Below are positions 45,187 through 55,143 of a DNA stretch of 64,000 nucleotides, piece after piece. This stretch comes from Candidatus Poribacteria bacterium (GTDB taxonomy: Bacteria > Poribacteria > WGA-4E > PCPOR2b), in the NCBI GenBank assembly GCA_965215015.1, contig OZ244042.1, forward strand, positions 2,976,001 to 3,040,000, in the 5' to 3' direction. Made by a program: the position numbers and the translations under genes. Each line of letters begins with the position of its first letter. Position 1 is the first letter of the stretch. The notes beneath the pieces were generated by a model. That model saw only the letters and a list, made by a program, of their open reading frames with translations, was not told the DNA's origin and did no database searches.

Positions 45187-46506
45187 TCACCGTTCTTCGT
45201 CTTCTTCCGAGGCATCTTCATCAGGACGTTGGGACGAGTAGCGTTCCCGATACGCCTCTGATTCCCGCCGAACCGCTTTATCGTCAGGGAAACGCTCCCT
45301 CGCCTGTCGGTAAACTGCTGCGGCTTTCTCATCTTCGCCCGTTTCTTGGTATGCCCGCGCCAACCTTAGATAACTCTCCGCCCGATTCGGACGAGATTCG
45401 ATAGAACGCTCTAGGTCTGCAAGCTGTCCCTCAACGGCAGCGGATGGGTCTGACGGGCTGCTTAGCGACGCTTCGTACTCTTCAATGATTTGAATCAGCT
45501 CCTCGATGGATCGTTGGTCTGCTGCGCTTGCTTCCCTGCTTTCGCTGGGCGGCGTGGAGTCTCCCGGCTCGTCATTAAGTCCGGTTTCACGACCAGTTCC
45601 TTCAGGCGGAGCCGGTGGGGGCTCTGCCTCCTGAAACGGTGATTCGGGAAACGTGTCTTCAGGAGCAGATTTTTCAGGCAATTGTCTCTGAGATTCACCT
45701 TGGATCCGCTTAAAGATAGGGTTTCCTGCCTCAATCGCTTGAATATGCATAAGAGACACTACAGGATGCCACCTACGAATGTCAAATCCAGGGGGAGGTA
45801 ACTTAGATCCCTTCTTATAAGCCGCTAATGCTTCATCATACATGCCCAATCTTTCGTAACTTTCACCTAAGGCACGATACGCCGAACCGTGCGACGGGTC
45901 TGCCGCAATAGCCGCTTTGAGATAGGGAATAGACTCCGCTGGCTGGGCGGTGTTGATTGTTGTTCCGAGTCCATACAGAACATCCACAGAAGTGGAATCC
46001 ATCTCGACCAATCGTCGAAAGATTGCTTCTCTTCCATTTTCTTCATCAGGAGGGAGCAGTTGACCCAGTAAGAGAAGTTCCTCAAAAGCCCCTGGATTTT
46101 CCGCCACCGCCTTCCGGGCATATTGCCGGGCGTAATCCAGAAACCCGCTTCTTTTCAACCCCTTGGCTGCGGTGAAGGAATCAACGCCTTCGACTATAGG
46201 CGCGATTATCTCCAACATCGGGTCTGTCCCCAAATCATCGGTAGGCGGAGAGGCGTCTAATGATGCTTCAGTAGTTCCATGTACAGAAACACCAGATTTC
46301 TGATTTGCACGAGCAGGCTGATCTGCTCCGGTTGAAAGTGAGGGTTCTGAAGGCGTTGTTTCCATTTCAGGTAGTGTTACTTCTCCTATCAGATTCTCGT
46401 CTTTGTCCAAAGTCGATGGTTGTCTATATAAGATAAAGAAAATTACCCCGAATACCGATAGAATTATGAGGGGTAGTGTCCAAATCCGTTGTAATTTTTG
46501 CATCAT
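45187..46506 (-). CDS. Membrane-anchored TPR protein, family A copy 1
   Basis: N-terminal TM helix, central TPRs (AYRALGESYERLGMYDEALAAYKK), Pro/Glu-rich linker, C-terminal TPR (ESYLRLARAY...AAAVYRQA). Confidence 0.8.
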   Translation of the reverse strand: MMQKLQRIWTLPLIILSVFGVIFFILYRQPSTLDKDENLIGEVTLPEMETTPSEPSLSTGADQPARANQKSGVSVHGTTEASLDASPPTDDLGTDPMLEIIAPIVEGVDSFTAAKGLKRSGFLDYARQYARKAVAENPGAFEELLLLGQLLPPDEENGREAIFRRLVEMDSTSVDVLYGLGTTINTAQPAESIPYLKAAIAADPSHGSAYRALGESYERLGMYDEALAAYKKGSKLPPPGFDIRRWHPVVSLMHIQAIEAGNPIFKRIQGESQRQLPEKSAPEDTFPESPFQEAEPPPAPPEGTGRETGLNDEPGDSTPPSESREASAADQRSIEELIQIIEEYEASLSSPSDPSAAVEGQLADLERSIESRPNRAESYLRLARAYQETGEDEKAAAVYRQARERFPDDKAVRRESEAYRERYSSQRPDEDASEEDEER

Positions 46507-46561
46507 TCAATTTTGACTAAGATTGACTATCGGGAAAATTCCAAAAACTCTGTTAATTCAA

Positions 46562-47401
46562 TCAGTTTTCCTCTTCATCAGAACGTTCTAGCAGACGTTC
46601 AGGCTCCGCCTCAAACTCTCGTTGAACTCGTTCATCTTCAGGGAAACGTTCCCTCGCCCGTCGGTAAACTGCTGCGGCTTTCTCATCTTCGCCCACTTTT
46701 TGGTATGCCCGCGCCAACCTTAGATAACTCTCCGCCCGATTGGGTCGGGATTCAATAGAACGCTCTAGGTCTGCAAGCCATCCCTCAACGATAGTGGATG
46801 GATCTGACTGGCTGCTTAGCGACGCTTCGTACTCTTCAATGATTTGAATCAGCTCCTCGATGGCTCGTTGGTCCGCTGCGGTTGCTTCTCCATCTTTGGG
46901 AGAAGGCGGTTCTTCAAAAAGCGATTCATCGAAGCCTGTTTTACGTTCCAAACCCGAAGGCGCGTCGGGAGTGGGAGGCGTATTTTCTTGCGGTGGTGGT
47001 TGAGGAGGCATTCCTTTGAAAGGAAGCTCTTTGGACTCTGGTGTTTCAGATGGCAACGGTTTTATGCGAGGATTCCCGGCTTCAATCGCTCGAATATGGG
47101 CGAGGGTCACCAGGCCTTGACTAATCTCAAAGGCTTTCTTATAGGACACCAACGCTTCATCATATCGCCCCATTCCCTCATAACTCTTCCCTAACACGTA
47201 ATGTGCTGTACTATCCGATGGATCTTCTGCAATAGCGGCTTCAAGATAGAAGGGCACTTCCTCAGGCAAGACCACTTCTGGAGAGGAGAGGCTGCCATTA
47301 TCCAAAGTGGGTTGGGGGCTCTTTAGGGAGAACAAAACCACTATGAATACAGCGAGTGCAGCGACAATAACTATCAAGATCAATCGGTGCTGGCGCATCA
47401 T
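46562..47401 (-). CDS. Membrane-anchored TPR protein, family B copy 1, with in-frame internal deletion
   Basis: Nearly identical to 49724-50999 but jumps from VLPE to FYLEAAIAEDP. Confidence 0.7.
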   Translation of the reverse strand: MMRQHRLILIVIVAALAVFIVVLFSLKSPQPTLDNGSLSSPEVVLPEEVPFYLEAAIAEDPSDSTAHYVLGKSYEGMGRYDEALVSYKKAFEISQGLVTLAHIRAIEAGNPRIKPLPSETPESKELPFKGMPPQPPPQENTPPTPDAPSGLERKTGFDESLFEEPPSPKDGEATAADQRAIEELIQIIEEYEASLSSQSDPSTIVEGWLADLERSIESRPNRAESYLRLARAYQKVGEDEKAAAVYRRARERFPEDERVQREFEAEPERLLERSDEEEN

Positions 47402-47709
47402 AATCTCTCCTTGTTAAATACCCCAACTTTCTGAGATAAACGGTTGTGCTAAAATAGGGCATAGCAGCAAGTGACTCCATAATCATTCCTAACATAACTA
47501 ATAAAATGCTAAACATCACTCGCTGTTGCATATTGATTCTTTCTTTAGCGTTTTAAGAACGGGTTATTGCCCATCAGCTTCACAGACACAAAATGCCATG
47601 ACATTGATGATAATAAAATAAATAAACCTAAAATGCAAGAAAAATTATACCATATTAGAATTTTTTGTGCCAATGAATTGTTTTAGCGTCTACCCATCCA
47701 TGGAGCTAT

Positions 47710-48087
47710 TTACAGAATCTCCAATTTAATCCCGACCAGTCGCCGAAAAGTTGCCTCCCTCTCATTTCCATCGTGAGGTAGCAATTGGCCCAATAAGAGA
47801 AGTGCTTCAAAAGATTCGGGGTTTTCCGCCACCGCCTTCCGGGCATATTGCCGGGCGTAATCCAGAAATCCGTTTCTTTTTAACCTTTTGGCTGCGGTGA
47901 AGGAATCAACGCCTTCGACTATAGGCGCAATTATCTCCAACATCGGGTCTATCCCAGAATCATCGGTAGGCGGAGAGGCGTCTAATGATGCTTCAGTAGT
48001 TCCGTGTACAGAAACATCGCCGTTGATACGATGCTTGGTAGGTTCTGTTGCCATCGTGTATCCCATGTGGTTGATGCCCGTCTTCAT
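47710..48087 (-). pseudogene. Chimeric truncated family-A TPR ORF starting at the duplicated thiC start codon
   Basis: A unique ~24-aa N-terminus, then VSVHGTTEASLDAS...REATFRRLVG, then stop. Uses the copied thiC RBS and ATG. Confidence 0.6.
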
Positions 48088-48206
48088 CGTCTCAACCTCC
48101 TATGTGGTAAGCAAACGTCGATCGAAAAAAAACCGCCTCCCTACATAAGGAAAACGGCTCAACAATACAAGTCAGGAACAACGAACGTTGCTCTTTACTC
48201 TGAAAC

Positions 48207-48297
48207 TCATATTTCCCTACGCTGGTATTATCCAGATCAGGTCTAAAGGGTATATTCTCAGCTCTCCGGCTCAACCGGAGTGCACCCCAAAGCATGA
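48207..48297 (-). ncRNA. TPP riboswitch, copy 2 (complete, with the whole thiC leader)
   Basis: Reads identically to copy 1 at offset 3192; identity runs down to the ATG. Confidence 0.92.
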
Positions 48298-48378
48298 TAG
48301 CAATGGCGAATTTTCAGTTTCAGCTATTAAGGTATAGGCCGGCGCGTCCTTCTCTCGATGTCGTGAGAAACTGAAGGT

Positions 48379-49668
48379 TCACCGTTCTTCGTCTTCTTCC
48401 GATGCATCTTCATCAGGACGTTGGGACGAGTAGCGTTCCCGATACGCCTCTGATTCCCGCTGAACCGCTTTATCGTCAGGGAAACGCTCCCTTGCCTGTC
48501 GATAAACTGCTGCGGCTTTCTCATCTTCGCCCGCTTCTTGGTATGCCCGCGCCAACCTTAGATAACTCTCCGCCCAATTCGGACGAGATTCGATAGAACG
48601 CTCTAGGTCTGCAAGACGTCCCTCAACGGCAGCGGATCGATCTGACTGGCTGCTTAGTGACGCTTCGTACTCTTCAATGATCTGAAGCAGCTCCTCGATG
48701 GCTCGTTGGTCCGCTGCGCTTGCTTCCCTGTTTTCGCTTGGCGGCGTGAAGTCTCCCGGCTCGTCATTAAATCGGGTGTCACGACCAGTTCCTTCAGGCG
48801 GAGCCGGTGGGGGCTCTGCCTCCTGAAACGGTGATTCGGGAAACGTGTCTTCAGGAGCGGCTTCTGCCGGCAATTGTTTCTGAAACTCACGCTGCAAGGG
48901 CTTAATAATCGGATTCCCAGATTCGATGGCTTGGATATACCTCAAAGTCCGGGGGCTATGACTAATATCATAAGCTATTTTATGAGCCGTTAATGCTTCA
49001 TCATACCTCCCTAGTCTTTGATAACTCTTGCCCAAGACGTGATACACAGGACGATACAACGGATCTGACTCAATGACGGCTTTGAGATAGGGAATAGCTT
49101 CTGCTGGCTTGCTGTAGGAGAGCGTTTGCCCGAGTCCATACAGGGCATCCACAGAAGTGGAATCCATCCCGACCAATCGCCGAAAAGTTGCCTCTCTCTC
49201 ATTTCCATCGTGAGATAGCAATTGAGCCAATAAAAGAAGTGCTTCAAAAGATTCGGGATTTTCTGCTACCGCCTTCCGGGCATATTGCCGGGCGTAATCC
49301 AGAAATCCGTTTCTTTTTAACCTTTTGGCTGCGGTGAAGGAATCAACGCCTTCGACTATAGGCGCAATTATCTCCAACATCGGGTCTATCCCAGAATCAT
49401 CGGTAGGCGAAGAGGCGTCTAATGATGCTTCAGTAGTTCCGTGTACAGAAACACCAGATTTCCGATTTGCACGGACAGTCTGATCCAACTTGCTTGAAAG
49501 TAGCTGTTCTGAAGGCTGACTTTCCATTTTAGGCACTGGAATTTCTTTTGTCAAATCCTTGCCCTTATCCAAAGTAGATGGTTGCCTATACAAGATAAAG
49601 AAAATTACCCCAAATACCGATAGAATTATGAGGGGTAGTGTCCAAATCGGTTGTAATTTTTGCATCAT
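48379..49668 (-). CDS. Membrane-anchored TPR protein, family A copy 2
   Basis: Same N- and C-termini as 45187-46506 with a different central TPR block. Confidence 0.8.
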   Translation of the reverse strand: MMQKLQPIWTLPLIILSVFGVIFFILYRQPSTLDKGKDLTKEIPVPKMESQPSEQLLSSKLDQTVRANRKSGVSVHGTTEASLDASSPTDDSGIDPMLEIIAPIVEGVDSFTAAKRLKRNGFLDYARQYARKAVAENPESFEALLLLAQLLSHDGNEREATFRRLVGMDSTSVDALYGLGQTLSYSKPAEAIPYLKAVIESDPLYRPVYHVLGKSYQRLGRYDEALTAHKIAYDISHSPRTLRYIQAIESGNPIIKPLQREFQKQLPAEAAPEDTFPESPFQEAEPPPAPPEGTGRDTRFNDEPGDFTPPSENREASAADQRAIEELLQIIEEYEASLSSQSDRSAAVEGRLADLERSIESRPNWAESYLRLARAYQEAGEDEKAAAVYRQARERFPDDKAVQRESEAYRERYSSQRPDEDASEEDEER

Positions 49669-49723
49669 TCAATTTTGACTAAGATTGACTATCGGGAAAA
49701 TTCCAAAAACTCTGTTAATTCAA

Positions 49724-50999
49724 TCAATTTTCTTCTTGATCGGAACGTTCTAGCGGACGTTCAGGCTCCGCCTCAAACGCCTCTGACTCTCGTTGAATTC
49801 GCTCATCTTCAGGGAAACGTTCCCTCGCCTGTCGGTAGACTGCTGCGGCTTTCTCATCTTCGCCCGTTTCTTGGTAAGCCCGCGCTAACCTTAAATAACT
49901 CTCCGCCGGATTCGGACGAGATTCGATAGAACGTTCTAGGTCTGCAAGCTGCCCCTCAGCTACAGCGACTGAGTCTGACTTGCTCATTAGCTGAGCTTCG
50001 TATTCTTCGATGATCTGAATCAGCTCCTCGATGGCTTGTTGGTCCGCTGCGGCTGCTTCGCCATCTTTAGGGAGAAGGCAGTTCTTCGAGAAGCGATTCA
50101 TCGAAGCCTGTTTTACGTTCCAAACCCGAAGGCGCGTTGGGAATGGGAGGCGTATTTTCTTGCGGTGGTGCTTGAGGAGGTATTCCTTTAAAAGGAAGCT
50201 CTTTGGACTCTGGTGTTTCAGATGGCAACGGTTTTATGCGAGGATTCCCGGCTTCAATCGCTCGAATATGGGCGAGGGTCACCAGGCCTTGACTAATCTC
50301 AAAGGCTTTCTTATAGGACACCAACGCTTCATCATATCGCCCCATTCCCTCATAACTCTTCCCTAACACGTAATGTGCTGTACTATCCGATGGATCTTCT
50401 GCAATAGCGGCTTCAAGATAGAAGGCCGCTTCTCGTGGTTGATTATTAATCCTGAGTGTTTGTCCCAGTCCATATAATGCCTCGACAGAGGTCGGGTCTG
50501 TTTCAACTAATCGCCGGAAAATTGCTTGTCTCTCATCTCCTTCGTGAGGAAGAAGTTTTCCCAATAACAGCAGTGCTTCAAAAGAATCTGGATTTTCTGC
50601 TACAGCCAGCCGTGCATATTCTCGGGCGTAATTCCATTCACCTGCTTCTCTGAGTTTCTTGGCTACGCTCAACGGAGACTCCCCCTTGAACAAGGACGCT
50701 AATCTTTCTCGTTCAAGATTTGTTGTCCTCTCACCAACGAGAGGGGAAGTCGATTTTGACGTTTCGATAACTGTATCTGCAGAAACACGAGATCCCCGGT
50801 TTGTACTTGAATTTGCTCGGTTATTTTTTACCGACCGCGTTGACAGCTCAACTTCCATTTCAGGCAAGACCATTTCTGGAGAGGAGAGGCTGCCATTGTC
50901 CAAAGTGGATTGGGGGCTCTTTAGGGAGAACAAAACCACTATGAATACAACGAGTGCAGCGACAAGAACTATTAAAATCAATCGGTGCTGGCGCATCAT
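49724..50999 (-). pseudogene. Family-B TPR protein copy 2, frameshifted
   Basis: An extra T (tct ccc taa aga versus tct ccc aaa gat in copy 1) at ~50069 splits it into ORFs 50067-50999 and 49724-50101. Confidence 0.75.
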
Positions 51000-51134
51000 A
51001 ATCTCTCCTTCTTAAATACCTCAATTTTCCGAGATAAACGGTTGTGCTAAAATAGGGCATAGCAGCAAGTGATTCCATTTAACCAGAAGGGGTGATGCGT
51101 CCGCGTGAGACAGATTACACCCCTGGTGAGAAGG

Positions 51135-51816
51135 CTAATCTTCTCTGAGTTTGTACCCCTGAAAGTTGGTCGCATGATCCGATCCATAGTTATCACTACG
51201 GGCTGCGGGCAGTATCAATATATCCATAATGCATGAATTATGGGTACAGTGAGTTAGGTTGATGGTATGGCCTATCTCATGACCAACGACGTTCTTTCTT
51301 GCTGCAGCTCGATCCGATTGCGAACTATATAGGTTATCGATTCCAAGGGTATAGATAAAACAGTCCCTAACTTCATTAGGGATATATTCATCTGGCTCCT
51401 CGGCTGGAATTGGCCAACCTATGTAAAAGGTAAAACCAAGATTATCTGGATTCTCCGTAATGTTATCCTCTAACACTTTTACTACTTTCTGAGAGCGGTG
51501 TCCGGGCACATCAGTTCCCTTGAAATTCACGAAGTAGTTCGGATAACCTGAGTGTTCATTAGAGTCAATTGGACGGGGACGTATCTCACTTGGTAGATTA
51601 CTTGCATCTCCTATACCAGTTAGACTGCCAGTAGTATTAACATTTATCAATAGATCTTTCTTTGAGGGATCTAGTCGGTCGTGACTTCCCTCCATTATAA
51701 ACCCCCGATATTCCGTAAAAACAGAGAAGTTGTCGCCATCATGAATATTACTTCCTGGGCCCTCTTCATCGTCAGCAGACGCATTATAGTTTTCCAACTC
51801 ATCATTGTTCCACCCA
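51135..51816 (-). pseudogene. C-terminal fragment of a zinc metallopeptidase-domain protein, 5'-truncated
   Basis: DGDNFSVFTEYRGF...DPSKKDLLI and VVGHEIGHTINLTHC...CIM (HExxH plus third His and Met-turn). No start of its own; joined to TPR copy A3. Confidence 0.65.
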
Positions 51817-52766
51817 GTTCTCGCTTGGCGGCGTGAAGTCTCCCGGCTCGTCATTAAATCCTGTTTCACGACTAGTTCCTTCAGGCGGAGCCGGTGGGGG
51901 CTCTGCCTCCTGAAACGGTGATCCGGGAAACGTGTCTTCAGGAGCAGATTCTTTAGGCAATTGTTTCTGAAACTCACGTTGGATCGGCTTAAAGATAGGG
52001 TTTCCTGCCTCAATCGCTTGAATATGCATAAGAGGTACTGTAGGATGCCACCTACGAATATCAACTCCAGGGGGAGGCAACTTACAACTCTTCTTAAAAG
52101 CCGCTAATGCTTCATCATACATGCCTAGTCTTTCATAGCTCTTTCCCAAATTGTGATACGCCGAACCGTGCGACGGGTCTGCCGCAATGGCAGCTTTGAG
52201 ATAGGAGATAGCCTCTGCCGGCTGGTCATAGTAGATTGTTACTCCCAGGCCATATAATACATCCACAGAGACTGGATTCATGTCAAACAATCGTCGAAAG
52301 ATGGCTTCTCTTCCATTTTCTTCATCAAGAGGGAGCAGTTGACCCAATAAGAGAAGTTCCTCAAAAGCCCCTGGATTTTCCGCCACCGCCTTCCGGGCAT
52401 ATTGCCGGGCGTAATCCAGAAATCCGTTTCTTTTCAACCCCTTGGCTGCGGTGAAGGAATCAACGCCTTCGACTATAGGCGTAATTATCTCCAACATCGG
52501 GTCTATTGCAGAATCATCGGTAGGCGGAGAGGCGTCTAATGATGCTTCAGTAGTTCCGTGTACAGAAACACCAGATTTCCGATTTGCACGGGTAGGCTGA
52601 TCTGCTCCGGTTGAAAGTGAGTGCTCTGAAGGCATTGTTTCCATTTCAGGCGGTGTTACTTCTCCTATCAGATTCTCGTCTTCGTCCAAAGTCAATGGTT
52701 GTCTATACAAGATAAAGAAAATTACTCCGAATACCGATAGAATTATGAGGGGTAGCGTCCAAATCT
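51802..52766 (-). pseudogene. Family-A TPR protein copy 3, lacking its native start and C-terminal TPR
   Basis: Begins at IWTLPLIILS, joined to the end of copy 4; ends at TPPSEN fused to the peptidase fragment. Confidence 0.7.
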
Positions 52767-53917
52767 GATTCCCGCCGAACCGCTTTATCCTCAGGGAAAC
52801 GCTCCCTCGCCTGTCGGTAAACTGCTGCGGCTTTCTCATCTTCGCCCACTTTTTGGTATGCCCGCGCCAACCTTAGATAACTCTCTGCCCGATTCGGACG
52901 AGATTCGATAGAACGCTCTAGGTCTGCAAGCCGTCCCTCAACGATAGTGGATGGATCTGACGGGCTGCTTAGCGACGCTTCGTATTCTTCAATGATTTGA
53001 ATCAGCTCCTCGATGGCTCGTTGGTCCGCTGCGCTTACTTCCCTGTTTTCGCTTGGCGGCGTGAAGTCTCCCGGCTCGTCATTAAATCCGGTTTCATGAC
53101 CAGTTCCTTCAGGCGGAGCCGGTGGGGGCTCTGCCTCCTGAAACGTTTCTTCAGGAGCAGATTCTTCAGGCAATTGTTTCTGAAACTCACGTTGGATCGG
53201 CTTAAAGATAGGGTTTCCTGCCTCAATCGCTTGAATATGCATAAGAGGTACTGTAGGATGCCACCTACGAATGTCAAATCCAGGGGGAGGCAACTTAGAT
53301 CCCTTCTTATAAGCCGCTAATGCTTCATCATACATGCCCAATCTTTCGTAACTTCCACCTAAGGCACGATACGCCGAACCGTGCGACGGGTCTGCCGCAA
53401 TCGCCGCTTTGAGATAGGGAATAGACTCCGCTGGCTGGTCGGTATTGATTGTTGTTCCGAGTCCATACAGGGCATCCACAGAAGTCGAATCCATCCTGAC
53501 CAATCGTCGAAAGAGGGCTTCTCTTCCATTTTCTTCATCAAGAGGGAGCAATTGAGCCAAGAAGAGAAGTTCCTCAAAAGCCCCTGGATTTTCCGCCACC
53601 GCCTTCCGGGCATATTGCCGGGCGTAATCCGGAAATCCGTTTCTTTTTAACCTTTTGGCTGCGGTGAAGGAATCAACGCCTTCGACTATAGGCGCAATTA
53701 TCTCCAACATCGGGTCTGTCCCCAAATCATCGGTAGGCGGAGAGGCGTCTAATGATGCTTCAGTAGTTCCGTGTACAGAAACATCAAATTTCTGATTTGC
53801 ACGAGCAGGCTGATCTGCTCCAGTAGATGGGTATCTATACAAGATAAAGAAAATTACCCCGAATATCGCTAGAATTATGAAGGGTAGCGTCCAAATCCGT
53901 TGTAATTCTTGCATCAT
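52703..53917 (-). CDS. Membrane-anchored TPR protein, family A copy 4, with altered tail
   Basis: Full TM-TPR-linker-TPR architecture; after AVRRES it reads into copy 3 out of frame. Confidence 0.75.
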   Translation of the reverse strand: MMQELQRIWTLPFIILAIFGVIFFILYRYPSTGADQPARANQKFDVSVHGTTEASLDASPPTDDLGTDPMLEIIAPIVEGVDSFTAAKRLKRNGFPDYARQYARKAVAENPGAFEELLFLAQLLPLDEENGREALFRRLVRMDSTSVDALYGLGTTINTDQPAESIPYLKAAIAADPSHGSAYRALGGSYERLGMYDEALAAYKKGSKLPPPGFDIRRWHPTVPLMHIQAIEAGNPIFKPIQREFQKQLPEESAPEETFQEAEPPPAPPEGTGHETGFNDEPGDFTPPSENREVSAADQRAIEELIQIIEEYEASLSSPSDPSTIVEGRLADLERSIESRPNRAESYLRLARAYQKVGEDEKAAAVYRQARERFPEDKAVRRESDLDATPHNSIGIRSNFLYLV

Positions 53918-53973
53918 TTACCCCATGGTAGGTCAAACCTATCTTATTTTGTATCCATTTAAGTTGACAGCGT

Positions 53974-54072
53974 GCTGGTATTATCCAGATCAGGTCTAAA
54001 GGGTATATTCTCAGCTCTCCGGCTCAACCGGAGTGCACCCCAAAGCATGATAGCAATGGCGAATTTTCAGTT
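53974..54072 (-). repeat. 99-bp direct repeat: 3'-truncated TPP riboswitch, copy 3
   Basis: Reads identically to 45029-45127 and 48221-48319; lacks the GTAGGGAA and P1 3' strand. Confidence 0.9.
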
Positions 54073-54084
54073 CCTGCTCACAGT

Positions 54085-54912
54085 TCACGCCTCCAGCTTC
54101 CACTCATCACCAAGGATAACCTCTAGTTGGTCATGCGGCTTGAAGTAATCGGTCGGGTGATAATTTTCACCCATGTATCCGAACAAGCGCTTCCGACGAG
54201 GTGTCATTCGCTCCAGCACATGCGGCGGCAGGGTCTCGTAATCGTAGGGACGGCTCCACATCTGGCCGTAACGGAAGGTGACACTCTTACGAATCTGATC
54301 GGTTTTATTCGGTCCAACCGAGTGCCACTGTGCCCATGGAAAGATGACAGCATCGCCCGGTTCGGCAAGCACTTGAATCGCTCCTTCTGGGAGAAATTCC
54401 GGTTCCGGGTGTTCAGGGAAAGGTTTTCGGTGACTGCCCGGCACTAGCATGAAATTCGCGCTGTCCGGCTGCGATACATCGGTCAGGAAAAACTGAACCT
54501 TAAATTGCAGCGGGAGGCTTTGGGGGTGGGGGTGAATCTGTTGTAGCGAAGGGCCGGCATCCGTATGGAAACCCAGCAAAGGGGCATCGCTGGGATGTCG
54601 AGTGTAGATTTGCGTCCCCATAATCTGGAGGTAGGGCCCCATTAATGCGAGAATCGTTCCAAAGATGTTGGGATGGTCTGTCAAGAGGTCCAGCGCATCC
54701 GTTCTTTCAATCGCCCGAATGATGGTGAAAGCTCCTTGGCCAAACTGGGGAGCATCCGAACTATACTGTTCCCGAACATAGGCTTCAATAACCGGATCGA
54801 CAGCGTCCAAAAGAGTGTGGACCTCTTCGGGGGACAGCACCTGTTTCACAATGAGATAGCCTTGTTCATCCCAGTGTTTGCGTTGCTCCTCTGTCAAGTA
54901 TCCGTTTACCAT
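54085..54912 (-). CDS. Phytanoyl-CoA dioxygenase (PhyH) family Fe/2OG enzyme
   Basis: WDEQGYL, FHTD (HxD), LVPGSH, PGDAVIF..WHSV..N. Confidence 0.88.
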   Translation of the reverse strand: MVNGYLTEEQRKHWDEQGYLIVKQVLSPEEVHTLLDAVDPVIEAYVREQYSSDAPQFGQGAFTIIRAIERTDALDLLTDHPNIFGTILALMGPYLQIMGTQIYTRHPSDAPLLGFHTDAGPSLQQIHPHPQSLPLQFKVQFFLTDVSQPDSANFMLVPGSHRKPFPEHPEPEFLPEGAIQVLAEPGDAVIFPWAQWHSVGPNKTDQIRKSVTFRYGQMWSRPYDYETLPPHVLERMTPRRKRLFGYMGENYHPTDYFKPHDQLEVILGDEWKLEA

Positions 54913-55046
54913 CGTGATTCCTCCTATTGTCAGTCGTAAATGAACCTTGAGATTTGAGATTTGCGTCGGTCAACAACATTATAGATGATTTTGTGAACGA
55001 GATCCAGCGGAAAGTGATTTGGCAAAATGTCAGCACTATTTTTTAA

Positions 55047-55074
55047 TTGACGCAGGTTCATATATCCGTATAAT
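55047..55074 (+). promoter_or_regulatory. Sigma70-type promoter overlapped by an inverted repeat
   Basis: TTGACG-16 nt-TATAAT; gttcat...atgaac spans the -10 element. Confidence 0.5.
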
Positions 55075-55143
55075 GAACTCCTATTCCGGCTTTTGGGCAC
55101 AGGTTTGTAGAATATAGAAAGATTTCAGTTGAGGAGATAGCGT

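Noticed and set aside
51817-52064. N-terminal part of the 309-aa ORF 51135-52064
   Set aside because: It is an alternate frame of TPR copy A3; only the part below ~51816 looks like peptidase sequence.
45187-53917. Diversity-generating retroelement or shufflon behind the TPR variation
   Set aside because: No reverse transcriptase or recombinase is present, all copies are in direct orientation, and differences are block-wise rather than visibly adenine-specific.
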